A DNA stretch of 64,000 nt from Ramazzottius varieornatus (Eukaryota; Animalia; Tardigrada). The position numbers and the translations under genes are program-made. The notes under the pieces were generated by a model. That model was not told the origin of the DNA. It did not search any database and saw nothing but the letters and a program-made list of their open reading frames with translations. Of this stretch, positions 1 through 14,513 are shown one piece after another; position 1 is the stretch's first letter; each line of letters begins with the position of its first letter. The stretch spans positions 5,446,448 through 5,510,447 of the forward strand of contig BDGG01000002.1 in NCBI GenBank assembly GCA_001949185.1. Direction: 5' to 3'.

Positions 1-29
1 ATTTGACAAACTGCCCCAGTTCTCCTCAC

Positions 30-1393
30 CTTCCACCGAACGCGCTTCACCTCCACCCTCTTCCGATGGAAGGAAGTCGAAATCTTTGAGAGCAGCTTCC
101 GTGTCACCCTCACCACCTGCAACAACAAAACCAAATATCAATAAAACAAAAGTTCAGGTATTGTAAGGAACCTAGGCAAACAGACTTGACAAGATCGTTT
201 CCCAAGTGGCGCACGCTGATAGCTAATGACAATGAAAGCGTACGTCACTTGGGAAACAGTCTTATCGACATTGTTCGTAGGTTCTCATCATGCACCACTT
301 CATTATTATTATTTTCATATCTGACCTGTAGCCATATCTTCGTTGCTCTCTGACTTCGGCGGCGGTCGTCCAGCCACGATGGTTTTCCTGCTGGCTCGAC
401 CGCGCTGGAACATGTTATCGAAGGAGTTCGCGCTGTCTTCCTCATTCTCTTCGGTCTCCTCAGCTTCTGGTCGAACTTGAGACCTAGGAGCACTATCGGA
501 GCTCAGATAGTCAAACGTAGCTGAAAGAGCATTCTCCGCCGCCATCAGAGCATTGTCCATCACAGATTTCGGCAAGCGATCCTTGAGAAAGTCTGGCGAT
601 TTCCCTGCGCCATTACCTGGAAAACAACAAACGAATTACATAGTCGTATTTTACAGGATTCGTTTATGTCTAACATACCATTGACAGCGTTCTGTGGTTC
701 GGGCATCGGTTGAATCTTTCTTCCCGTTGCACTCAGCAAAGCGGTTACTCTGGCAGCCTGTGCGCTGATTAGTGTGTCAGCATAGCCTATCTCCTTCAGA
801 TACTGGCGTAACGTATGACGTCCTTCCTTCCACGAAAGCCCCGCCACTGCATTCTGAGCGTTATCCCGAACGTAGTCTCCGTACCCCAAAGACTCCAGCC
901 CTTCGTTCTTCTCATTCTGCAATCTGGCATCATCATCATGAACAACAGCTCCGCCATTCTCCACTTCCAGCTTGTAGCGAGCGAACTTCTGTCTTTCTTG
1001 TCGCAGAGCCAACTCTAGCATCTTTATTCGTCTCACCAGGTCGACCTTCAGACTTTCCTGTGACTTGCGTTCACCCTGCAAGAAAGCAGCCCGTGCCTGC
1101 AGCTCTGCACGCTCCACTTCCCACTGAGCACGATCCAGCTCGAACCGCGACCATTCGTGCTGTAGGTAGTGCAAAACACCTGGCAGGCTGTACTGGGGGC
1201 GTTGGTAGTCCATCAGCATCCCTCTGTTGTTGTTCTGCCCACCATCTGTACCGCCACCCTCATTGCCAGCGTGCTGTCCATGAGCCAGCTTTGGGCGAGG
1301 GCCACCTGAGGAAGCATCGGAAGACGACTGTCCAGCTGAGCCGTTCTCCTGCTCCGAGTACATGCCACTCGGGCCGCCGTAGTTGGCGTTCAT
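30..1393 (-). CDS. STRN: Striatin family (STRN/STRN3/Cka) PP2A B''' scaffold; 5' exons only, gene continues past the left edge
   Basis: ORF 560-1393 has the striatin N-terminus YSLPGVLHYLQHEWSRFE...WEVERAELQARAAFLQGERK...IKMLELALRQER and WKEGRHTLRQYLKEIGY. Spliced exons approx 1393-679, 617-326 and 116-30; the last encodes DTEAALKDFDFL. Confidence 0.93.
168..284. repeat. Palindromic element family A, copy 1 (striatin intron 117-325)
   Basis: GAACCTAGGCAAACAGACTTGACAAGATCGTTTCCCAAGTGGCGCAC - 25 nt - GTACGTCACTTGGGAAACAGTCTTATCGACATTGTTCGTAGGTTC. Confidence 0.9.
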
Positions 1394-1631
1394 AGCGCAG
1401 AAATCCCGCTTCGTCAGGCAGATGTTGCTCTCCTGTACAGAGCAAACACTGGTGGTTCCATAAATTTCCAGGGGAAAAGCTCCAGCACCACAGATTCACT
1501 TACTGGTTGGAACGCGCGAAATGTCCGTCAATCAATCGAACCAGCAGCAACGAAATGCTATCCAGCTTCCCCGAAGAAATTGAACACAGGACGTTTCCGT
1601 TTGAGCGCTGCGTGTCTCCTCCAACGTTATG

Positions 1632-1640
1632 GTGTTGCCA
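1632..1640 (-). promoter_or_regulatory. TGGCAACAC motif upstream of striatin; same motif upstream of ABCB7 at 40085-40093
   Basis: Identical 9-mer in gene-sense orientation shortly upstream of two housekeeping genes. Resembles the TGGCAAC-type housekeeping core-promoter motif of insects. Short, could be chance. Confidence 0.3.
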
Positions 1641-1964
1641 ACGTTCTGAGATTCAGGGAGTCCTCATCGTGAATACCTGATTTCTGTACATGGAATACTT
1701 GACTGGAGTACTCAAACAACTTGAAACATTTTACAGGAACGACATCCGTTTATACTGTGATTGAACAGAACAGGCTGATCAAGAAATGGGAAGAGCAAAA
1801 TCAATGCTTGAGTGCTCTAGCCTTTCAGGCTCTCACTGCAGCTTGCATCTTGGCTTGATTACTCGGCTCGACAGCCCGACTCGGTCTTGCCAGAGACGTC
1901 GGTTCCAGTTAAAGTCTTCCGGGGACTGCCCTTCGACCGCATTGAAGTCTGGCAAACTTCAGTG

Positions 1965-2785
1965 GGGAGGTTGATATCAAACTTGACTAGCGTAGGATAT
2001 TTGATTAGTCCTGGTGATTTGCTCCGCCCACTCCTTGCTCTAATCACGAAAGGTAGAGACTCGCTAGTCGAAGCCCGCGATTAGCGTAAGTTTTCCGGGA
2101 GCATTTGCAGAACAACCACCATTTTCGAAGATTAGTTCAAATCGAAATATCAAACTCAACAAAACTTCGAATTTAAATTGGCAAACGGGTATGAGAGATT
2201 GTTGGTTGTGGTTCCGAAAACTGAACTGGATCAGTCATCAACTTCTATTCTCTGAGAATAGTCACGGTTAAAGGTAAAGTGAAATTTAGAAAGTGGTTAA
2301 AGCTGCAGTCGAAGAAACAGTGTTTGTTGTGGTAAAGCCACAGTTAAACGTGAAGTTTCGTATGATTTCCCAAAGCTACAGTCGGACTCACAGTTACAGT
2401 GACAATTGTCAATGTTTTGTCCGATACAAAAGCCGCAGTCAAGCGTGCAGTTATGGGTGTAGTTTGACGAATAACCCATGAGCGATGTCAGCCCTCGAAA
2501 GACACAGTTAGAACAGCAGTTGGCACTTCATTGAGATATCGTGTGGGATACTCTAAAATTTGGGAAGAGTCTTGAAAAGAAACGACCGCAGAAAAGCTTG
2601 GTCAAAAAAGCTACTCAAACTCATTGCTCACTGGATTACCGGTCCATGTGTCGTAATCAAGAATCAGGCATGGATTAGCGTAGTGAGTTCAACTGATTCG
2701 GCTCCACCCACATGCTCCATCTTGATTGGCTGATTCCTGCTCAAATCAAGCTCGCTACGCTAATCAAGTTCGATATCAACCTCCC
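1965..2785. mobile_element. Putative non-autonomous foldback/MITE-like element bounded by 31-bp inverted repeats
   Basis: 1965-1995 GGGAGGTTGATATCAAACTTGACTAGCGTAG matches the reverse complement of 2755-2785 at 29/31. Internal degenerate AAAGCYRCAGTY repeats. Confidence 0.6.
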
Positions 2786-4181
2786 AGTTACTTCACTGAT
2801 CATGACTGATGACGGATGAGCGGGCGAATCCACCTTGTTTTGTTGTCCTGTGCATCTCAGATTCGAATTCCCGCTCCCCAGATTCCTAGTCCCCAGTTCG
2901 CAAAGCCTGGCCTCCGAGTTCTCCACACTTCACGGAAAATCTAGCTACCGCTTCGACTTGCGTGATCGCACACATGGTTTTGAGCAAGGGCGCGCACGGT
3001 GGGCAGAGAGGATGCAGCGTCGTGATGGAAAACGAGCTGCTAGTTACGCGGTTCGTCAAGCGAAGCTTACCGGGATACCTCGTGGCAGATCCAGCGGGGC
3101 AACGCGGAGTTACTGCTGCATCGTCGCCTCTTACAGACATGTGGAACGTATGTACCGTCTTGGTTTACCGATGTAAGCATGATGCTTTACGTACCATCGA
3201 TCTTACTGTACAAGGTTTGATACATCCTCAACAGATCTATCTGATAATATTGGCTGTACTGTGTATTTTGTCCCATTACAGCCGCAAGTCATCATTGAGC
3301 GCGACTAATGACAATCATCCCATCGACTTCCTGTGCGGCTAGCAATTGGTTCCGCCTTCCCTGTGGAAATTGGACTCGGCGGGAAGGCCAGTTTTATCAG
3401 GCCCTGCAGCATCCGGTCTCCGGGATGCAAAGAGCCTTTTCGCAGATCAACGGCATGGAACTATGCATACGTCTTTGAAAACGTGGAAAGGTGAGGTCTT
3501 GATCTGATCAACAGTGCGCATTGGCAAAACGCTATTATTGCTCTCGTTTTTGTGAGAGCTTCCATTCCTTTTAATCGCCCTATTTTCAGTGCGTAAGTCT
3601 TGTATATGACAAAGACTCTTTCCTCCGGGATCAGTTGGCGCGCTGACATGTTGCCTGTCAGACTCCACCACGATCAAGCTGAAATCAGTTGAATTACGGT
3701 GTCATTGGTGTGTAGCTTTCGACATTTCATCGGCTTTTTTGTGCCTTACTGACACTGTATTTGCGACATATTGATTACGTCCAATGCATTCAGTTATCCA
3801 TCCAGCTGCACTCTTACGACTTCCGACAAGCTATTCTTGACTGTGGTGACGTTTAGTCGAGTTTTCTTCTTTCCAGTGGCGGATGTGATTGTTGGGAATA
3901 TTCTTATGTGGATTCCGCGGATGTTTTGCTCGAGCAACAATCACCATTGTTCGCTAAAGGTATTTGTAAAAAGTATTAGCTTTTTCGATAGAACAGTTTT
4001 ATTGATCCTCGTTTTCATACTCATCTCGAAGATGTAAAATGTATGCTCCATTCCTCCATGCGAAATATGTAAGGTATCGAACTGGATTTTTCCTCACAAA
4101 AGCCATTACGTCGACGTATTTTCCATGTAAAGAGCACTTGGGTCGCTGACGTGCGGTCGGAGGAAGTGAGTTAGCGTAACA

Positions 4182-7100
4182 ATGGCCGCTAGTGTAGCGG
4201 CTCAAAGAATGCCGGGCACTGATGGAGGACCCACCTTAGCTTCCCGCGTCGATACCGGTAGTCTTGGAAGTGCAACTTCCAATGGGTCGCCATCGGACAT
4301 TACAAGCAACTCCAACAGTTCCGTCCGTCCAGCTTCCGCAGGTCGTGATCGCAGTCGCAGTCTTCGACGACGTTTCACCACACCACCCGAAGCTTCTGCT
4401 CAATCGGGCTCTGTATCATCCCTGCACCAGTATTACACACCCTTTCCTGACCGCGAAGTATCCGACAGCTCGGAGGTCGTCGTTTACCCCAAGGACGGCA
4501 TCGAAGAGATCCAGGTAGGTGCTTGGGTAATTCATTTAGCGTAATGCGTCTCTAATTTCATTTATGAAGGGAGAATCTGTTAGACTATACGCAGACCGGG
4601 ATGAGTGCAGTGCATTGCAGGATGTGCGTGATGATGGTATCTCGGGTTCGTCATTATGACTCCCTGGTGGGCTATATAGTACTTACGGAATCAGCCCCTT
4701 TTTGAATATGAAAGCTTCGCTGGTCTTCAGAAACCTGGCGACTGCATAGTCCATACTAATAAGGGACTACATGATCGCGAGGGAGCTGTGCAGGGTTCCT
4801 TTTCCGCATCTAAACTGCAGATGTCGACGATTCGCGGTCGTTATACATGCCACGAAACATAGCAAGCAAGCTTCCTGTCACGACACGCTTTTGTTAGAAT
4901 ATAATATGTGTCTGAACGTGATGTTTGCCGGATTAGTTTTATTGATGGATGGTGGGGGCTACGCTGAATGATAGCTAATCAACCCACGAGGTGGCGAGCC
5001 TTATTCCCTGTTGCCCGATACATTCGGGCAAACTGGACGTGTCAACACAACGGTACGCTCACGCTCGAATACAGTATTTCGACGCGGGTAAGTCTGATAA
5101 GCAAATTATCAAATGGAACATCCGTAGCTCGTTGAAAGAACTAAAACTTGTACAGTAATATCAAGGTTGAAGTGACAAGTCCCTAAATTTCAACTTTACA
5201 ATACGGGAGACAATACGAGGGACCCTACTGTTGCCGCCAAATTGGAATAAGGCTTTCCGGTTCTCTGGAGAGGCAGAGTGTAACGATTGAGGCGAACCCA
5301 GAAGCCACGCGGTGTTGGCTGTAGTTTGATCATTGTGCCGGAGGGTTTCTGAATTAGAGAAGCCTGCTTCATTTACTGTTCACCACACACCATTAAGCTA
5401 ACTGGGGAAGATGGTGTAGAATAACAAATGGGCGTTTTCCCATTACAGAGCCGCATCATCAGTCGAAGCGACCATATTCGCAGTCTCCGGTTGCGCGCCT
5501 GCTCGAAGCTAACTTCGGCCAACCTCCACGACATCATCCGTTGTGTCACGCCCAAACTCTTATCGTTTGAAATCCGGGAAGCGCAAGACAGCAACCACTT
5601 CGATCTTGATCATTTGCAGCATTTAGTCTCCAAATGCAAACATTTGCGAGCCTTGCACTTGGAAGACTGTTTCCTCATCGATCATCGTTGTCTGGAGCAC
5701 ATTGGCCGTCACCTTTTGGAACTACAGAATATCGCCTTTGTCCACACCAAACGGAAACAGTGGCCGGATAACCCGATCCACGAACTGTGAGTTTCTCGCG
5801 CATCCCTCCAAAATAAACTGTACTATCTCAAAATTTGTGCTTTAACACTTTGCGTACGACCGTCCTCTTTTTGTATACAATTAATCAGTTTCATTCACCT
5901 CCCAGTTTTAGCTTTTGGTCTTTCGGGTCTGCGTCTTTTGTTTGCATGTAACTCGGTCTTCTCACCAAAGCAACACTAATGACCAGCGGTCAGCAAAACC
6001 GCAGCACGCAGGAAGTTTTTCTACGGTCTCGGGTGGTTTTGGTGAAATTTGGTGTTTCGTCTCTTCGCGCGAGACACGTGCACGGTATTCGCTCAGAAGA
6101 AACTGGAGCACTGGGGACAGTCTTATCTATCGAAGATAGATGGATAAATTTTGTATTCATCAGTGCGGACAGAAGAAAATTAAGACGACCAGTTCTCCCT
6201 TTTGAGCTTTGGCGTTCATGGCCTGCCAATTATCCGAATTTTGAAATTTCGAAAACTGCCTATTGGTTGACCAGCCTCCGCAACACGGTACCAGCCAATA
6301 GAATTCCTGTATACACAAAGAGGACGGTAGTGGTCTGCAAACATGGAAGCGATCGTGCTGAAAGTGTTGAATAATCAACAGGAATAGTGATTTCCTGTTT
6401 GTGTAAAATGTAAAATAGTAAAGTAAAATAGTAATGTAAAAAGTAAAATAAGGACAGAACAAACGATGTGCGGAAAAATCTGCGAAATGAGACATGGTTA
6501 ACTGATTTGAATTAGATCGTTCTTCCCAAGTGACGCACACTTTGAGACAGTGCCAATAAAAAGTGCGGCTCTTAGGATAACGATCAAGGTCAAATCATTT
6601 GCCTGCATCGCGAGTAACATTGAAAATTCAACATTCCGATGGTGAAACGTCGCTGAATAGTGTGTACATATATTGATGAAATTAATGATGAATTATTGTT
6701 CGATTCTCCAATAGGGTTCTCCACGTGCCTCTCGAACTGCACAGCCTTAAGTTCGTCGGGTTCGATGAGATCGCCGATTATCACGTGAACTACGCCATTG
6801 ACTGTTACTCGGGATCGCTAAATTCCATTTCGTTTGGAGATTGTGCGAACGTGACCGACCGGAGTGTCGATTATATCGCCACCAATTGCAAGCTCTTACG
6901 ACACATTGAGCTCTTCAAGAACCCAGGAATCAGTGATTCCACGCTGTGGATCCTGGCCAAGCATTGCTCTAACCTACATTATATCGATCTGGCCTGCTGT
7001 AATAAGATCACCGACTACGGTGTGGTACGTGAAACACATCCCTTCCCCCTACCTGTAGTACACTAACTTACCTGTTAACATTTATGACACTGATACAATT

Positions 7101-10100
7101 ATCCCTGAGTGAGTCGCACTGTCTAACGCTATACACTTCCTCTTGTCTTGCAAAGACTCTCTTCTATCCTGTATTTTTAGAAAGAGCTGGTGACACACGC
7201 CACGCATCTTCGTTACATAAACCTCAGTTCCAACAGTAAAATCAGGAACCTTGCCTTCATATCCATCATCAGACATTGCACGAATATTGCGCGTATTCGG
7301 CTGGATAACACCGGTGTGACGGCCATACCTGCTTCCATCATCAAGCGCAAGCCGACGCTGCGAGAAGTTTCGTTGAGAGACTGCAAAGATATACCGGAGA
7401 GTATTGTCAATGTTATCCAGAACCCGAATGGACTGAACGATTACATGGATCAAATGGAGGATAGAAATCTTAGCTACCGTCTTAAAGTCTTTGTCGTGGG
7501 AGCATCAGGAACCGGAAAGACCACCCTTATCAAATGTTTGACGGGGAAGATGGACCCGGAAGGACCGGAATTTGAAGGTAAACAAAACTCCATGCCGAAC
7601 TTTATCGCCCAGCAAAACGAAATGGGTTCTAAAGTTTTCTAAAGTGTTGCTCCAGTGATCGACTTGGGAAGTCAAGCGTTAAACTTTTATTGATTACCAT
7701 ATCCTACTGAAAACATTCAGAAGTGTGCTATTCAAACTGATCGATCAGAATGAAGTGCTCGATAGTTTGATCATCTGCAATATGGATTTCGTTTTTATTT
7801 AAGATGATGCCGGAGTTCCGTTTTGGGGCATGGGTGTATCTTTATTTCGTTGCAGGTGTGAATGTTCAAAGTTGGCGACCTTTGAAAGAAAGCTCATGGG
7901 GTAAGCGGAGACCTTCTTTGAACTTGCGGCCTACTGGGACGCCTACACAAACACACAGCCGAGTTAATGAAATTTCATCAAACAACTAATCTGGAGTTTT
8001 AGAGAACACTGTGGGCAGGGAGCTGACAGATGAAGAGCGCTCGCTGTGTCTGGATTTCTGGGATTGCTCTGGGCGTTCGGTCCTTGCCGGAGCACATCCC
8101 GTCTACTTCACCGATGTTTGCGTCTACTACGTGGTCTGCAGTCTGGAAGACAGTCTTTCCGTGGAGAAAGTGCCCACTTTGGTCCACACCATTTACCAGA
8201 AAGCCCTTCGGCCACAAATTTACATCATTGCCACGCGAGGCGACAAGTTCTCGGAAGACGACTGCCAAACAAAGCTGGACCTGATAAAACGGTCCATCGA
8301 CAGTGCGGATTTGGTATCAATAACTAATTCAAAAACGACATCAGCAATATTTTAGGGCGAGAAAGACTGTATTCGGAGCTGGGCGAACAGACCATACAGG
8401 ATCGTTGTCTCAAGTAGCGCACGTTTCCATGATTTTTGGTCGGAACGGTGCGCCGCTCAAGATACCGATCGTGCGCGTTTTTGTGCCCGTTGCATTACGA
8501 ATTGAATGTAAGCATTTCTAATTTAGGTTCGCCGCAACAGTTGCAATGTCGAGCTCACACTAATGCAGTAAGTCTTTTTCCGCATAAAGGTCGGTTCAAC
8601 TGTCACGCGTAAAGTGTCTTTTTCGCTGCAGGGAACTTTTAGACAAGGACGTGTTTCTGGAGCGGAAGAAAATTGAATTGCAGAGGCGATTAGAGGAAAA
8701 GTATTTGATTCGGAAATATTTGGTAGTCAGTACCACGAACGGGAAGGGAGTCGATGTAGTTAAAAAGCAGCTCCTGAATCTCTGTCTGGATAACAGCACG
8801 TTCCCGCATCTAAAACGCATCATCCCGCCAGGTTGGATAGAGTTTCACGACGAGATTATCCGAAAACGCGAACAGAACATTGCGTGCATGGTCAGGCATG
8901 ACATTGAACAATTAGCTTTGAAAGACGAAAGAGTCAGCAAGCCGCGTTTGGACGAGTGCATCGCGTTCTTACATCAAGTGGTGAAAAAGATCCCATCTCA
9001 TTTCTCTGCGATTTTTCTTGTGTTTATGTCGGCTACGTTTTCAGGGCGTGGTTATTGATCTTCGAACTCGCTCAACAATATTTCCCACAGACCTGATCTG
9101 CATCGACCCGCCAGTTTTTGCGGCCTGTGCATGTGCTCTGCATATAGACGATCAGAAAAAGTCCTTCCGGTTCGAAGCGAAGAGGTTTTGGCCAAAAGAA
9201 CAAGGCGCAACCCCACCTAACCCAGCGGTCCTTGCAGCCGCTCTTGAGGACATTCCGAACAGAGGACTGCTGAAAGAATCGCTGCTGCCGCTGCTCTGGC
9301 AGGTACTTCGGTCCCGTGACTTCCGGGTGCTCAGATCCTATTTCCCGTGCTCGACTCATTTCGTCTTTGTGTTTCGACAGGGCTTACTGTTCGATGAGGG
9401 CCAAGTAACCAAGATGAGGAACGCAATTCTGGACGCAGGCTTGTTAGCGATCAACAAATCAAGCAAATCAGTATCGAACACATTGACTCTGCCGGGCTTT
9501 CCACAACTTCTACCGCAAAACCAGTTCGTTGTTCCGCTCTTGAATTTACTGCCTGATGCAAAACCGGTAATGAGACAAGAGTCCGATGTCAACTCGTCGT
9601 CTCCGGTCCTGAAACTGGATATAATGATTTCGGTTGATTGCAGCAGCTAAACTGGACGTCTCGACCGTTTTCGGGAGACTTTCAGCTGACCCTCTGCATG
9701 TACTTCCTTCCGGTGATGCCACCCGGGTTGACACATCGGCTGGTTGCCCTCGTCAACAACGCCCTGGTTGATAAGTCGGCGTACCACTACTACTGGAAGT
9801 TCGGTACCTTGACGAGAACCCAGGATATTTTGCTATTCGTATCATGCGAACAAGACGAGTTCCTGGAAATCTCCGCACGGACCACACCGGAAGAGGAGCA
9901 CGACCATAGCGGTGTGCTTTCACTCTGGCTGGAAGTCGTTTTCATAATGAACATGGTTACTGAGTATATCAATGCCTGCTGGGCAGGCATGCGGACCACG
10001 GTGAGTGAATTACACTCTTCCGGTTTTCAAAAGAACATTAACACTTGATCACGTGACGGAAACTTTTTGAACTGATCCAGGTCTCTCTGATTTGCTACGG

Positions 10101-10985
10101 GGACACTTTCTACATGGACGAAAAGATCGAGAGTGAACCTGAAATAACGCTACCGAAAGTCTTTCAGTATGCGAAAGCTAAAGAGGAGATTGAGTTTCAG
10201 GACGGCGAAGAACAGAAGCTCCTTGAAATCACGAAGCTCCTACCGGCTGAAATCGCTCGTTAGTCAATGACTAAAATGATTGTACAAAAATATTAGAAAC
10301 TAATAGTGACAGTTTTCTTGTAGCTAACCCGGAACAGGACTACGCCGCCTGGCTTCAGTCCGTGTTAGACTACCGAGAACGATTTCCTCACAATCAGAAC
10401 AGCCTACCGTCCGAAGCGTCAACAAGAAGTTCCGAAAGCAGTCCCTCCGTCTCCCGGCAGAAGAAGAAAAAAATCAGTATCAACTGGCTGGTACCCGGAA
10501 GTGGGACCGCGGACTCACAGAACGGCGACGTTAATGCTCTACAGAATGGCCACCCGGAAGCCACGCCATCCCCACCTCCAGCCAAAGATACCCAGTCGGT
10601 CGAATATACTCTGATCAAGCCCGAAACCCCAATCGCAACTGCCTCTCCCGAAGCGCCGTCCGAGCCTACAGTGAAGCCAGAAGACACAGCGATTCGGGTG
10701 ACAACATCTAGTGAATCCATCCCGCGACCTCGATCGCCAACTAACACGCTGCAAAGTACCAAATCAACCAAAAGCGAGGGAGTATTAAGAGTGGAGAACC
10801 CCATCGTGGATTCTCCTCGTCCTCAAGCTAGCTTCTCAAGTCCGACTCCTGCCACAGCGCCACATGCTCCTCCACCGTCAAGTACGCATACCGCGTCGGT
10901 GGATGCTCCACCAAGGGATATCCCAAATTCTGGTGTTACCGGTAGTGGTCGCAAGATTCGTAGTAAGACATGTACAGTTTTGTAG
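4182..10985 (+). CDS. ROCO-family protein: Cys-containing (FBXL/AMN1-like) LRRs, Roc GTPase, COR, Pro/Ser-rich tail and C-terminal CaaX (CTVL)
   Basis: LRRs (CKLLRHIELFKNPGISD, CSNLHYIDLACCNKITD). Roc G1 LKVFVVGASGTGKTTL, G3 LDFWDCSG, G4-like IIATRGD, G5 VSTTNGKG. COR start IIPPGWIEF and PVMPPGLTHRL. About 13 exons joined in frame by GT-AG introns, including a 41-nt microexon at 8527-8567. Confidence 0.82.
5859..6328. mobile_element. MITE (about 470 bp) with 21-bp TIRs in ROCO intron 2
   Basis: ACCGTCCTCTTTTTGTATACA (5859-5879) vs TGTATACACAAAGAGGACGGT (6308-6328), 20/21 complementary. Right end ACGG|TA resembles Tc1/mariner/pogo termini. Confidence 0.7.
6402..6451 (+). repeat. Short degenerate AT-rich tandem repeat (GTAAAA/GTAAAATA units)
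   Basis: tgtaaaatgtaaaatagtaaagtaaaatagtaatgtaaaaagtaaaata. Confidence 0.7.
6495..6605. repeat. Palindromic element family A, copy 2 (ROCO intron 5787-6713)
   Basis: TGATTTGAATTAGATCGTTCTTCCCAAGTGACGCAC - 24 nt - GTGCGGCTCTTAGGATAACGATCAAGGTCAAATCA. Confidence 0.8.
8375..8493. repeat. Palindromic element family A, copy 3 (ROCO intron 8314-8526)
   Basis: GGAGCTGGGCGAACAGACCATACAGGATCGTTGTCTCAAGTAGCGCAC - 25 nt - GTGCGCCGCTCAAGATACCGATCGTGCGCGTTTTTGTGCCCG. Confidence 0.88.
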
Positions 10986-11354
10986 ATCTGAGGAGCTTTT
11001 GCCTGCGTATTGCATAAAATTTTCATGCCATGATCGTCGTGATTCTTTCTTTCCCCTTGTAGATTCTACGCGAAATCCTATGCTTGAACTCTTAATCTAA
11101 CAGTACTGTACGCTCATAAAGAAAGAAACATTTATGGATGACTGCGGTTCCATTTACTTTATCGGTATGATTTCCTAAAATGATTTTTGAAACCAAGCTG
11201 GCGTAAGAAAGCCGCAGAGGACACTTTCACCACACCCCGCGGAAATGGTCAAGCACATACTGGACTACTGTATACTTGCCCACAGGAGAAATGACATAAA
11301 ATATCTTCAAAATAAAAGTCTTTCGCAAAACGGACAATTCAAACACCAAATTCA

Positions 11355-13855
<2,501 letters not shown>

Positions 13856-14513
13856 CGTGGTCTAGAGTGGGCTCAACAACGACGAGAAGTGCTCAGGAGA
13901 TTTGGATCCGTAACTCGCCTGCCTCCTGGTTAGTTCTTCAACGTGGGTGCTCGTGTGGGATAGCCGACAACGACCAATAACGCTGTTGCAGCGGGATGTA
14001 GTCCAGATTCCAGAAGAATATAAGCACCTGCTTCCTCCGCCTTTGCCAGCTGCCGTAACGCTATGGCCCACCGAACGAGATAAACCCAGTAGTGGCTCTG
14101 CCGCTTGCTTCTCCGACACTCCCAGCGGTGGCACTAAAATCTGAAAGGTTGGCGTTTCACGATGTGGAGAGCGTACGGATGAAGAAGAGCCAGCAAGATT
14201 TCTGGGATATGTATTTCTCCCGTCTCGGAATTTAAAATCGCAAAAACTGCGCCCAGGGCCCAAATAGGTCACGCCTCGCTGGAGTCTGGAGTGGGTGCCA
14301 CCGGCGGATATTTTCCTCCCAGGGCTCACAGCTGACCGTCAAACTGGCGGGCAGGCATGCCAAGCGAGAAAGAAAGTAAAAATTTATTTCCATATTTCCA
14401 GTTTTGTCTTTCATCTGTGGCCTAATCTTGCGCTGGTCCAGGACAAACGGATCTACTCTCCATTGGGACTGAGCACCGAGACAGGTTTCTCCCGCGCTCG
14501 ACTGATCGTCAGG
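13856..14513. promoter_or_regulatory. Divergent (probably bidirectional) promoter region between DLD and MCM2
   Basis: Head-to-head start codons about 660 bp apart. Contains E2F-like TGGCGGG and TCCCGCG elements on the MCM2 side. Confidence 0.55.

Noticed and set aside
772-1395. 207-aa plus-strand ORF, and the many other ORFs antisense to or out of frame with identified genes
   Set aside because: Shadow ORFs of real exons with no independent motifs.
2299-2509. CRISPR-like array from repeated 12-mers with unique spacers
   Set aside because: Repeats are too short and degenerate, spacing is irregular (35-69 bp), there are no cas genes, and the context is eukaryotic.
4549-5360. TCTCTAATT / AATTAGAGA inverted pair near the ends of ROCO intron 1
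   Set aside because: Only 9-10 AT-rich bp; chance cannot be excluded.
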